DNA from: a virus
Lineage: Duplodnaviria; Caudoviricetes
Reading direction: 5' to 3' (one strand)
Virus record (IMG/VR): IMGVR_UViG_3300035070_001383
Coordinates: 1 to 51,594 of that record
Length of the DNA stretch: 51,594 bases
Made by a program: the position numbers and the translations under genes. Positions 37,789 through 46,398 of the stretch are shown piece by piece (position 1 is the first letter of the stretch; every line of letters starts with the position of its first letter). The notes under the pieces were generated by a model that was not told where the DNA came from, did no database searches, and saw only the letters and a program-made list of their open reading frames with translations.

Positions 37789-40521
37789 ATGGCGATTAAA
37801 GTAACAAGAAACGATGCGGGAAACTGTATCACATTCGTAGGCTCTACAAACCCTGTATATTGGAACTCTTGTCTAGAGGGAGAAATAAACGAGTCTAACT
37901 CGAATAACATAAATGTAGTCAACAAGATTAGAACTGTAGAAGAGGGAACTGTAATTTATGAGTTCTTCAATCTTCCTTACACAGACTTTCAGGACAGAGA
38001 CGGTAATGATTTTGTATCACCGTCTGACTGTGCCCAATACATAACTGATAACGCAAACGTACTCAGCAACACGGGTACATTCGTGTTTAGTCAGACTGAC
38101 GTTTTAGACGCTCAGAGAGACGCTACAGACACTACGGTTTTGTTTAGCAATGGTGATATATACGCTGTAAACTCTTTACACGCTTCTAGCCAAGCTGACG
38201 GAACTATTAAGATATCTACCGTTCGCGGTAGCAAGGACATCTACACTCATTTAAGATACTACAATGTTAGTGTTTTAGACGGTGTTGTTTCAGGATTTAA
38301 TACAATTGACGCTGCTGTAGACAGACTTAACGAAGTGTTGGGCGGAACTACTGTAGGCTCTAACACAGGTAACACTCAGACTACCGTTACCACGACAGAC
38401 AGCACAGCCACCTTTACCGTGTATGGAGATAGAATTACTCAGACGGGCTCAGGCTCAACTTTAGGGTACACCTCTACAGCGCAGGCAGGAAACTTTGATA
38501 CTAGCAATGGACTTTACTCTGACCAAACAATTAGTGAAAATGGAGAGTATTTTGAGTTCGAGCAAGACGGTGGAGATTGGACTAACTCTAGAGGTGTTTA
38601 TATAGGTCTGTTTGACGAGACTACTTACGACGTGGCTGATTTGGACGCTGACGTTGCAGGTAACGAGGTTAAAGGTCTTTTGTACCTTAGACTATACCCT
38701 AGTGCATTTACGTTCGCTGACGCGACTAACGGAGCAGGTAAGATTAATGAGGCAGGATTTTCTAACAGCCCTCAGACTAAAACTAAATTCAGACTAGGCC
38801 GTGATAACGACGGTAGAGTGTACATAGCTCACGAAACTTCAGCTAATGTGTTTGAGGTTATATGTCGTAGCGAGAATGTAGTATCAGCGGGAACTGAGTT
38901 GAGGTTCTTCGGTGTTATGCCTTTGGCCAACGAGCTGAACGGTGTTCGTAATATGACTGTAAACGAAGCTGTCTTAGGCGCTAGTGCTACTTGGTATTAC
39001 GTTGAGTCTCCTGACACAGAGTTCTACTACCCGTTGTTCTCTAACGAGGCAGACGCTATAATGATTGACGAGCTTTACGGAACTGCCGCTTCAGGCGCAG
39101 GTGCAGCTCACACTCATACATTTGCTGATGAGCAGCCTTCTGTTCAGACTTGGTATATGCCTCAGACATATATGTTCCACGCTCAGAGTGCAGCTCCTAG
39201 CTCACCTGTTGGGATTGCTTGGAATGAAATACAAACAGGAGACGACGCTAACTACATTCCTAGTCAGTTTAGTCAAAGCATAACCGTAGCGGAAGGCGAT
39301 AACATCAACCTTCAGATTAAGCCTGCGGGAGACGCTAACACTTACGCACTTTCTAACATTCCTACAGGACTAGCTTACAATTCTGTATCAGGGTATCTAC
39401 AGGGTACTGCTCCTGAAGTTACAGGAGACAACGTATCTAACCCTAGTGACGAATACGTTATTAGCGTAACAAAGGCTAACGCATACGGAAGTAGTGTAGG
39501 TTCTTTGACCCTCACGGTAACTAATGAAGACGCTCCTGCGGCTACAGTACTAACGCCTTGGGTTAAGGCTCTAAAATTCAGCGGTGGTAGTGAGTACGTA
39601 AAGCAAGTTACTCAAAGCACAGCCTCGAACGCACTAAGAATGAATGGTTTATCTCAGTTAGCTTCTGCTAACACTGACTCTTCAAAGACGAGTAGTGACA
39701 CATATTCGCGACCTTGGGCTACTGCTATTGTATTCCAAACCCCTAACAATACCACTAACCAACACATATGGAATAGCGGTGAGGGTGCAGCCACAGGAGA
39801 TGACAATATCTATTTACGTATGACAGGTGCGAACGGAGAATTATACTTCGGTTGGGGACGTGACGGCGTAGGGTACAATGAATACCACCTAGGCAACTAC
39901 GGTGGTTCATATAATCAGTCAACAGGTCAATGGTGGGGTATTTACATATCACACGACGGTACTCGTTTGAACTCGGCTGACGCTACTGCTGCTAACCTAG
40001 TTAACGCTTTTGATATTAGATTAATGGGAACTAACGATTCTGTTCCTGTATTTAGCAATCTGTATGATGTAGGTAGCAATGTTAACAATTGGGTTTCCAC
40101 AGGCGTTAGAATGGACAGAACTATAGGGGGAGACTTTACTATCGGTGGACGTGGTTCAAATAGAAGCTTCCACGGTAGAGTTGCTAGTATGGTTGTAACC
40201 ACACTACTCAGGGGTGTAACAAAGCCTACTGACGCTGAGATTAAACTTATGCTTACAGACCCTATTAAGTGGGAAGATGACTATAAAGACGGTCAAAGTG
40301 CTCGATATGGTTCGAGTGGGTCTAACTTCACGTATGGCCCTTCAAACAGTAATAGCAAGTATGCTACTCAGATTTGGCTAATGGGAGACGGTACTAGTGA
40401 CTCTTTTGCTAACGGCATTAGAAATCACGTTGACACTACTGACCAAAACTATGTTAAGCTACAGCTTAATAGTATGCAGGCTAATGATTTCGAAACAGTA
40501 AATATATCAGGATTGAGTTAA
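37789..40521 (+). CDS. Large virion adhesin-like protein (910 aa), allele 2
   Basis: Identical to allele 1 up to TNEDAP, then a diverged but homologous C-terminal domain. Confidence 0.7.
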   Translation: MAIKVTRNDAGNCITFVGSTNPVYWNSCLEGEINESNSNNINVVNKIRTVEEGTVIYEFFNLPYTDFQDRDGNDFVSPSDCAQYITDNANVLSNTGTFVFSQTDVLDAQRDATDTTVLFSNGDIYAVNSLHASSQADGTIKISTVRGSKDIYTHLRYYNVSVLDGVVSGFNTIDAAVDRLNEVLGGTTVGSNTGNTQTTVTTTDSTATFTVYGDRITQTGSGSTLGYTSTAQAGNFDTSNGLYSDQTISENGEYFEFEQDGGDWTNSRGVYIGLFDETTYDVADLDADVAGNEVKGLLYLRLYPSAFTFADATNGAGKINEAGFSNSPQTKTKFRLGRDNDGRVYIAHETSANVFEVICRSENVVSAGTELRFFGVMPLANELNGVRNMTVNEAVLGASATWYYVESPDTEFYYPLFSNEADAIMIDELYGTAASGAGAAHTHTFADEQPSVQTWYMPQTYMFHAQSAAPSSPVGIAWNEIQTGDDANYIPSQFSQSITVAEGDNINLQIKPAGDANTYALSNIPTGLAYNSVSGYLQGTAPEVTGDNVSNPSDEYVISVTKANAYGSSVGSLTLTVTNEDAPAATVLTPWVKALKFSGGSEYVKQVTQSTASNALRMNGLSQLASANTDSSKTSSDTYSRPWATAIVFQTPNNTTNQHIWNSGEGAATGDDNIYLRMTGANGELYFGWGRDGVGYNEYHLGNYGGSYNQSTGQWWGIYISHDGTRLNSADATAANLVNAFDIRLMGTNDSVPVFSNLYDVGSNVNNWVSTGVRMDRTIGGDFTIGGRGSNRSFHGRVASMVVTTLLRGVTKPTDAEIKLMLTDPIKWEDDYKDGQSARYGSSGSNFTYGPSNSNSKYATQIWLMGDGTSDSFANGIRNHVDTTDQNYVKLQLNSMQANDFETVNISGLS

Positions 40522-40556
40522 TAATTTAAAGGTTAGGTAGGGCGGGAGTAAAGATT

Positions 40557-40730
40557 ATGGGAAGTAAGATGAATATAGAAGACATAAAATTCTACGCGGT
40601 GAATTTATCAGCGGTTGGCTTTGGGTTAGTTGATATTAATGTAGCATTAACAACACTAACGTTGTTGGTTGGTCTTGGATACTCTCTTCATAAGTGGTAT
40701 CTTTTAACTAAGAAACGACGGGCTAATTAA
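40557..40730 (+). CDS. Small membrane protein, possible holin-like (57 aa)
   Basis: Read manually: MGSKMNIEDIKFYAVNLSAVGFGLVDINVALTTLTLLVGLGYSLHKWYLLTKKRRAN. Confidence 0.65.
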   Translation: MGSKMNIEDIKFYAVNLSAVGFGLVDINVALTTLTLLVGLGYSLHKWYLLTKKRRAN

Positions 40731-40749
40731 GGCAGGTTGAATTTAAACC

Positions 40750-40786
40750 AAAAAAAAGGGGAATCCATTACGGACTCCCCTCTCTT
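40750..40786 (-). terminator. Intrinsic terminator between the convergent arms (strongest on the minus strand)
   Basis: Minus strand GGGGAGTCC GTAAT GGATTCCCC followed by T8. Confidence 0.8.
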
Positions 40787-40794
40787 GGTTATAC

Positions 40795-41205
40795 CTACTT
40801 GTCTGACTTCTTCCAAACACGCATAGCTTTCTCTATACCACGACTACCAATGTAGAATGTGATGTAAGCAGTATACGTTGTCTCTATAAGCGGCAAGTAT
40901 GCCTTGTTAATCTCGAACGACCCTATGTTACCGTCGGTGAATATGATTGCTAGAATCATTACCGTCCATATCATAAAGCCTAGTGGCCTGACAGACTTGG
41001 CTAGCACATTGTCGCTACCCATATCAGCCTGAAGGCGCTTAGTCAACTCTCTCTCGTACTCAACCTCAGCGTTGAAGATTTCCTCTTCAGTGAGCTTGTA
41101 TTCGTCAAGTAGTTTAGCGACGGACTCAATGCCGCCGCCGCTCTTAACCGCTGTCTGCACACCCTTGTACAGACTAGTTATTGTTTTGAATATACCCGTA
41201 CTCAT
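40795..41205 (-). CDS. Holin (3TM GTA-holin-like)
   Basis: R.QADM.SD..LAK.VRPL motif, hydrophobic segments and FY.GSRG.EK; adjacent to the amidase. Confidence 0.75.
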   Translation of the reverse strand: MSTGIFKTITSLYKGVQTAVKSGGGIESVAKLLDEYKLTEEEIFNAEVEYERELTKRLQADMGSDNVLAKSVRPLGFMIWTVMILAIIFTDGNIGSFEINKAYLPLIETTYTAYITFYIGSRGIEKAMRVWKKSDK

Positions 41206-41801
41206 TACGCACCGCAGCTATCACAGTCCTCGCTATCTATACCGCAAACCGCGTTGTCGTTAGCCTTGTCTTCCGTGAGGTCGTTAACGAAGTCAGCGAA
41301 GTCTCCGTCCATTTCAAATTCATTATCCATAATCTCTTCCTTAACAGTTTTGTTGTTAATGTAGTAATACTCAGACTGTACGTCAAAGCTAGGGCAAGCC
41401 TTTGAGCTGAACTCATTGTGCCCGTGCAACGTAGCTTTTGGGTAAATCTTCTTAAGGTCTGACAGAAGCGTGTGCAACGCATATACCTGAGGCTCTGTAC
41501 GTGTATCCTTAGCAGTCTTACCGCTCTTAGTTAATCCACCGATATAGCAGACTGCAATACTATCTTGGTTGTGGCCCTTAGCGTGAGCGCCGTCCAAGTT
41601 AACACTGCGTCCCTCTTCTACAGTTCCGTCTAGCTTGACCACGTAATGGTAGCCAACGTCCTTCCAACCCTTGCTTGTATGCCATAGTCTAATGTCTTCG
41701 ACATCGTGTTCGCGACCTTCGGGAGTCGCTGAACAGTGAAGGAATATCTTAGTAATATTTCTCTTCGAGCGCTTAAGCCCATACATTTCTAAATTAGCCA
41801 T
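41205..41801 (-). CDS. Endolysin, N-acetylmuramoyl-L-alanine amidase (T7-lysozyme/Amidase_2 type) with acidic Cys-rich tail; start revised
   Basis: LHCSAT, GYHYVV, GAHAKGHN, CYIGG, GHNE, KACPSFDV. Confidence 0.92.
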   Translation of the reverse strand: MANLEMYGLKRSKRNITKIFLHCSATPEGREHDVEDIRLWHTSKGWKDVGYHYVVKLDGTVEEGRSVNLDGAHAKGHNQDSIAVCYIGGLTKSGKTAKDTRTEPQVYALHTLLSDLKKIYPKATLHGHNEFSSKACPSFDVQSEYYYINNKTVKEEIMDNEFEMDGDFADFVNDLTEDKANDNAVCGIDSEDCDSCGA

Positions 41802-41802
41802 A

Positions 41803-41943
41803 TTATTTGTTTTTAGTTGTGTCTCGTTCTGCGTTGTACGCGTCCCAAAACCCTTTGTCTCTACGAACCATTGAGTCAGCTTTATCACCAACCGCAATAG
41901 TCTTGTTATCGTTCTCAAAATTATCAATCGTTAGGTTTCTCAT
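41803..41943 (-). CDS. Small hypothetical protein (46 aa, MRNLTIDNFENDNK...)
   Basis: Read manually; abuts both neighbours. Confidence 0.55.
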   Translation of the reverse strand: MRNLTIDNFENDNKTIAVGDKADSMVRRDKGFWDAYNAERDTTKNK

Positions 41944-42374
41944 TACAATAGGTCATTTACATTATCACCACTAAGCACCCTGCTTATAGTGTCATCTTTT
42001 GAAGTTTGCATCAACTCGGACTTTCGCCTGCCTTCAATGTCGATTACCTGTACGTGAGACTTGTTAAGCTCACCATAGACATCCTTCCACCTAGCCGCTC
42101 TAATCCTGTCAATCATACCGCTGTGAACCATACTTATTATAAGGTTAGCAGCAGAACGTCCCTCTACATACTTGTCTAGGAACTCCTCGCACACCTTTAA
42201 AACAGCATAGTCTACTAGAGCTTTATGAAACTCCTCAGACGAGGGCTTGAAGATACCCGCAGATATCTCCTCAGCCCTGTCTAAAGTAAACTGACCTATA
42301 GGTTCTGTTATCCTACCGTTTCTTATCGACTTAATAGCCTCTTCCTCTATTAAGTTCTTGTCATACCTACTCAT
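41943..42374 (-). CDS. Putative T4 gp55-like truncated late sigma factor (143 aa)
   Basis: By-eye pattern match ITEPIGQF.L..A..IS...F..ALVD.AV..V....DKY..GRSA.N.I.SMVH..M.DRIR to recalled gp55-family sigma region 2; not searched. Confidence 0.45.
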   Translation of the reverse strand: MSRYDKNLIEEEAIKSIRNGRITEPIGQFTLDRAEEISAGIFKPSSEEFHKALVDYAVLKVCEEFLDKYVEGRSAANLIISMVHSGMIDRIRAARWKDVYGELNKSHVQVIDIEGRRKSELMQTSKDDTISRVLSGDNVNDLL

Positions 42375-42612
42375 TGGCGTTAAGGTCTATTTGACGTTGC
42401 ATTTCTGTTATCTCAGGAAGGTAATCCATAAGCTCCTTAGTGGATACTTTGACTATCTTTGAAATATTTAGCAGTGATACTTTTTGTCTGTCAATGACTA
42501 GGCTCGTTACAGCCCCGTAAAGCTGTAGAAGGAACTCAGTTTCCATATTCGTAATCTCCTCGTAGGAGTGCGAAGTTGTGAACTCCTCTATCTTTGTTGT
42601 TCGTTTTTGCAT
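42367..42612 (-). CDS. Small HTH-like protein (81 aa)
   Basis: VSLLNISKIVKVSTKEL HTH-like pattern. Confidence 0.55.
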   Translation of the reverse strand: MQKRTTKIEEFTTSHSYEEITNMETEFLLQLYGAVTSLVIDRQKVSLLNISKIVKVSTKELMDYLPEITEMQRQIDLNANE

Positions 42613-42854
42613 TAGATGATTTTTCTAAAGGTTAGTTCTGCGATAAAAGCGCAGATGATAGCGTATAACGGATTGATTCCTAGATACATAAGGACTAGGA
42701 TACTGCCCCAAAAGGAGAAGCAAAACAAACAGTTAAACGGCTTGAAGTTCAGGTACTTTTCTGTGAGCTTGTTGTACGGCTCGAACATAAACAATCCAAC
42801 AAACAGAAGCGCCGTAGCAAGAATACTAAGAGCGCTATCATAAATACTTTCCAT
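42612..42854 (-). CDS. Small membrane protein with CxxC (KPFNCLFCFSFW)
   Basis: Hydrophobic segments and CxxC..FW motif. Confidence 0.7.
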   Translation of the reverse strand: MESIYDSALSILATALLFVGLFMFEPYNKLTEKYLNFKPFNCLFCFSFWGSILVLMYLGINPLYAIICAFIAELTFRKII

Positions 42855-43215
42855 ACTCTACGTCTATAAATTTAACCCTAGCCACGTAAGTGTCAGAGGG
42901 TAGGTTAGTGTCTACCTTAATAGACATCTTTTGAAAATACTTTTTGCTATCATCCTTCACGATACCTAGAGCAGTGATAGAGTCTGCTAAGAACTTAACG
43001 GCGATTATCGCATTATCACAATCGTAACGGCCATTGTAAGTTAAGTGTATCTCGAACCTCTTAGCGTTGAACGCATCGTGCTTGTCAAAGTATGATGTTA
43101 CGTCAGCTAAGTAAAGGTCTTTCGCCTTCTTGCGCTTCGTCCAATGCCCACCTGAGTAGTAAGCATTTAAACTAGGCGGCTTTAAAAGCGGTATCTCAAG
43201 GGTCATATCATTCAC
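42838..43215 (-). CDS. rusA: RusA-like Holliday junction resolvase
   Basis: PSLNAYY..HW; RYDCDN..K...D....GIVKDDS. Confidence 0.8.
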   Translation of the reverse strand: MNDMTLEIPLLKPPSLNAYYSGGHWTKRKKAKDLYLADVTSYFDKHDAFNAKRFEIHLTYNGRYDCDNAIIAVKFLADSITALGIVKDDSKKYFQKMSIKVDTNLPSDTYVARVKFIDVEYGKYL

Positions 43216-43492
43216 CCTTATCGTAGAAAGTAGAACGCCCTAACGCCTTCCTGTCGTACTCAGCGACAATGTGGAAGTCTTGTATGGACTTACCCGTAGC
43301 TCCTAGTGAAGTCATTATCTGACTAATAAGCATAGGGTTCTTATTCATATCTTCGATAGTCTCGTTTCTAGTAACTACCGTGACAGGACTTTGCTCCGAG
43401 CCTCGCCACATATTGGTGTAGGACTTACCTCGCATCTTCTTCCAAGTAACTCGGATACCTACGTGGTAAATCGTTGCTTTATCATCATCCAT
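43208..43492 (-). CDS. Hypothetical protein (94 aa)
   Basis: ORF track; overlaps neighbours. Confidence 0.7.
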   Translation of the reverse strand: MDDDKATIYHVGIRVTWKKMRGKSYTNMWRGSEQSPVTVVTRNETIEDMNKNPMLISQIMTSLGATGKSIQDFHIVAEYDRKALGRSTFYDKGE

Positions 43493-43670
43493 TTTTCAAG
43501 TTGTTTGCTATGTTAATAAACTTGTCGTAGAACTGATTGTAATTAGTAACCCTAAATACATACACGTTCTCAGCCGTCTTACGACACATAGTGTACCCTT
43601 CCCTCACCAAGAGGTGGGCAACAGTAGGTGAACACTCGACGGTCACGTCCTCTAGGCCCTTACTTGACAT
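43485..43670 (-). CDS. Hypothetical protein (61 aa)
   Basis: ORF track. Confidence 0.6.
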   Translation of the reverse strand: MSSKGLEDVTVECSPTVAHLLVREGYTMCRKTAENVYVFRVTNYNQFYDKFINIANNLKNG

Positions 43671-44004
43671 AGCGGAAGTATCTGTCGAACATCAACTTGA
43701 CACTTAATAGTAACGTAGCACTACCTAGTGTAACTAGAAGTGGTCTGTTTATGGTAAACGCCGCAACAGCGTAAGTACCAATGAATACTGAATAAGCCAA
43801 GAACCACGTCCACTCAGGCAATCCTGATAACTTGACGAACTTCTTAGTTCTAAGCACTGTCTGTAGTGCTGACTTCATATCAACGCCTAACGCCTTTGAT
43901 ATATGCTCCTCTCCTTTTCTGTCGACCCATACTATCTGATAGGTCTTAATGTCGCCTTCTGCGCCTTGTGATACAAGTATCGCTTCTTTTGCATACGCTC
44001 TCAT
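43660..44004 (-). CDS. Membrane protein (114 aa, two C-terminal TM segments)
   Basis: Hydrophobic C-terminal half. Confidence 0.7.
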   Translation of the reverse strand: MRAYAKEAILVSQGAEGDIKTYQIVWVDRKGEEHISKALGVDMKSALQTVLRTKKFVKLSGLPEWTWFLAYSVFIGTYAVAAFTINRPLLVTLGSATLLLSVKLMFDRYFRYVK

Positions 44005-44026
44005 ACTATAATCTTTTGGTTAATAA

Positions 44027-44191
44027 TTACTTGTTAATGGACTTGAAGCCCTCGAAAATAAACATCATTGTGCCCCACATAAGTGAGCAGAATAATCCTT
44101 CTACTATACTCTGTGATACAATTAATGCTCCCGTTCCACAGGCTATAATTCCCTGCATATTTGTTCTAAAAAATTCTTTCCAATCAGTCAT
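44027..44191 (-). CDS. Small membrane protein (54 aa, MTDWKEFFRTNMQGII...)
   Basis: Read manually. Confidence 0.5.
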   Translation of the reverse strand: MTDWKEFFRTNMQGIIACGTGALIVSQSIVEGLFCSLMWGTMMFIFEGFKSINK

Positions 44192-44390
44192 TGTTTCTTT
44201 CTTTAATCATTACATAAATTAGGTAGCCGTTCCATACAGCTACTACCGAAGCGCTAATGATAATGTCAGTCATCGTCTTTGTCGCTAATAATCTCTATCA
44301 TAGCCCTTACTACCGTTTTCATTGTATTCAATTCAAATTGAAGTTTGATATTGTGAATAACAATAACGCCTATTATAAGATATAACATAA

Positions 44391-44789
44391 TTAAATTCTA
44401 TTACCTTGTTTAACATCTAAGTTGGCCACTACCTTGTCAATCCATTCTCGTCTGTCAAAATTAGAGGTTGCAGGTAGCTTCTTTGTGAACCATTGCGGTT
44501 CGGGTATTCTACTTAAATTAAAGGCAAACGTACCGTCAGGTGTTTGCGAAATATAAATAGCCTCAGTGCCGTGAGCCGAAGCCCGCGACATTAGTTTATC
44601 GTACTTAATCTTTTCAATCATTAGAGTCGGGTAGTGCTTATGCCTGTACTTCAACTCTATCTCACAGCGCTTATCAACCGAGTAGCAATCGTAAGGGCTG
44701 TATTCCCCTAAGTCGGAGTACTTTAAGTCAGGTATATAGTTCTGCTTCAGGTACTCGAACATTGCGTCCTCGTTGCGCTTCCAACTCAT
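44391..44789 (-). CDS. PD-(D/E)XK-fold nuclease-like protein (132 aa)
   Basis: YDC...EIELKYR...LMIEK.KYD.L. Confidence 0.6.
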   Translation of the reverse strand: MSWKRNEDAMFEYLKQNYIPDLKYSDLGEYSPYDCYSVDKRCEIELKYRHKHYPTLMIEKIKYDKLMSRASAHGTEAIYISQTPDGTFAFNLSRIPEPQWFTKKLPATSNFDRREWIDKVVANLDVKQGNRI

Positions 44790-45160
44790 ATCCTCTCGCC
44801 TCTTTTAAAGCGTTCTAAAGCCGCTAAAGCTCTCCAAGCAACCTTCGCTAGGTGTAACACTCCGTCGTCGTCTACAGGGTCTACGCTGTGGTCTGTGAGG
44901 TGACGCACTAAAGCGTCTAGCTCATCAGAACTCTTGCTCATATCCCAATGTAGTGGCTTGTCAGGGTGGTGTTGGTCATTGCCTGCCTGTGAACACTTAG
45001 CTACTTCAGCCATTGCGTTAGGGAAGTATTTGATAACCCCGCTGTATATTGGCGTGGCCTTGCGCTGTTGCGCTTTATCGACTACTGTCGCTTCTGCTTG
45101 TGCCGCAGTGCCGTAGTCTGTTGTGGTAGTTTCCGTGTATCTCGGATATCCGTCTCTCAT
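44786..45160 (-). CDS. dATP/dGTP diphosphohydrolase-domain protein (DUF5664-like)
   Basis: A.AEVA.C..AG..H...LHW....DALVRHL....D.DG.LHLAKVAWRALA.L. Confidence 0.7.
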   Translation of the reverse strand: MRDGYPRYTETTTTDYGTAAQAEATVVDKAQQRKATPIYSGVIKYFPNAMAEVAKCSQAGNDQHHPDKPLHWDMSKSSDELDALVRHLTDHSVDPVDDDGVLHLAKVAWRALAALERFKRGERI

Positions 45161-45220
45161 ATTATTGTCCTATGTCTTCGTTAGTTAAATCTAAATCTAG
45201 GTCGGTAAAATCAAACTCTA

Positions 45221-45652
45221 TCATAACTCTGTTAATACCATTGTTTGAATGTCTTGACCCATTCCGTTGTATTCTGTGTAGCGGCTAATGTGTACGTCTC
45301 CATTAGAGAAGCTAGCTAAGTACCAAGTCTCAGTCCCTATCTCTAGAGAAGTGTCTGTAAGCTCTGTGCTAAACTTGAAGTTAGACTCGTATAAGTATCC
45401 TAGTGCAGGCACAGGGGTTATAACAGAGTCTAGAGTCATAGTATACATTTCACCGTAGTTAAAGGCTAGGATACAAAGCTCCTCGTATGACTCGCTAGAG
45501 TTGACACCGCCTGCCCAACCCGCTACTGAGGCTGATAGTAAGTCCACCTTGTAGAACCCGTTAGTGGTATTGATAACGCCTAGCGTCTTTACTTCGTCTG
45601 AGCAACTCGCTAGAGTAGCTGTAGCTACTAGAGCTAATAATAGTTTCTTCAT
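45221..45652 (-). CDS. Lipoprotein (143 aa)
   Basis: MKKLLLALVATATLASC lipobox followed by SDE. Confidence 0.75.
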   Translation of the reverse strand: MKKLLLALVATATLASCSDEVKTLGVINTTNGFYKVDLLSASVAGWAGGVNSSESYEELCILAFNYGEMYTMTLDSVITPVPALGYLYESNFKFSTELTDTSLEIGTETWYLASFSNGDVHISRYTEYNGMGQDIQTMVLTEL

Positions 45653-45671
45653 TTCTCTTTTGTTTTAAAGT

Positions 45672-45806
45672 TTATCTTCCTTGTCCTTTATACTTCTTCC
45701 TGTAATTCTTTGATTGTTTAAGTTTAGAAGTCTTGCTCTTCGAGTGGATATTAGGTCGCTTGCTTTTGTCCTTATCCATTTTCGCTGTTGCTGTTTGGTT
45801 AGCCAT
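45672..45806 (-). CDS. Tiny basic protein ending YKGQGR (44 aa)
   Basis: Read manually: ...KRPNIHSKSKTSKLKQSKNYRKKYKGQGR, resembling a common marine-phage peptide. Confidence 0.75.
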   Translation of the reverse strand: MANQTATAKMDKDKSKRPNIHSKSKTSKLKQSKNYRKKYKGQGR

Positions 45807-45970
45807 TATTCTTTTTCTTTAAAGGACGATGTAGTATCGTCGTAGTTTCTAATCCACTCTAATAAATCCTCAGGGCCGTTGAACGGCTCTCTTTTTTGGT
45901 GTATACCGTCAACGTATCCCTTGAGATACATTGCGTACATCATTTCAGTGCTTACTCTATACATTCTCAT
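45806..45970 (-). CDS. Small hypothetical protein (54 aa)
   Basis: Read manually; TAATG coupling. Confidence 0.55.
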   Translation of the reverse strand: MRMYRVSTEMMYAMYLKGYVDGIHQKREPFNGPEDLLEWIRNYDDTTSSFKEKE

Positions 45971-46026
45971 TTGGTTAAAAGGTTAGAAGTAGGGGAAGGT
46001 AAGGGCATTTGACCCTCCCCTATCCT

Positions 46027-46311
46027 CTACTCATCGAATAGGCTGACCTCTAATTTGTAGGCCTTGCCCTTTCCGTTTCGTTCAATATAAATTCTACCAT
46101 TGCTAGTGTTGTAAAACACATAAGCATCTTGGACGCCTCTGTAGTCGTCAATGTCTAGGTGATACTCCGTACCATTAAGAACTAGGTTGGCTTCGTCTGT
46201 GACTTCGCAGGACGTTATCTGAGGCACGTTTAGCTTCAGGAACATTCTGATAAGTTCAGCAAACGACTTCTGCCTAGTCTTTATTAGACTCTTCGCTTCA
46301 TTATCTTTCAT
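46027..46311 (-). CDS. Hypothetical protein (94 aa)
   Basis: ORF track. Confidence 0.7.
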   Translation of the reverse strand: MKDNEAKSLIKTRQKSFAELIRMFLKLNVPQITSCEVTDEANLVLNGTEYHLDIDDYRGVQDAYVFYNTSNGRIYIERNGKGKAYKLEVSLFDE

Positions 46312-46398
46312 CCTTCCAATACTTTTCTATCAACCCAAGTGTTACAAACGTGAGGATTCCCACGCCTGTAACTACTAGGTAATACGTTAACACTAACA

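Larger units (their letters stand above)
31817..39538 (+). repeat. 7,722-bp direct repeat, copy 2
   Basis: Same sequence as 21785-29506. Confidence 0.95.

Noticed and set aside
27757-40521. Diversity-generating retroelement or invertase shufflon behind the variable C-termini
   Set aside because: No reverse transcriptase or site-specific recombinase recognised; differences include indels and all bases over ~950 bp; the repeats are direct, not inverted
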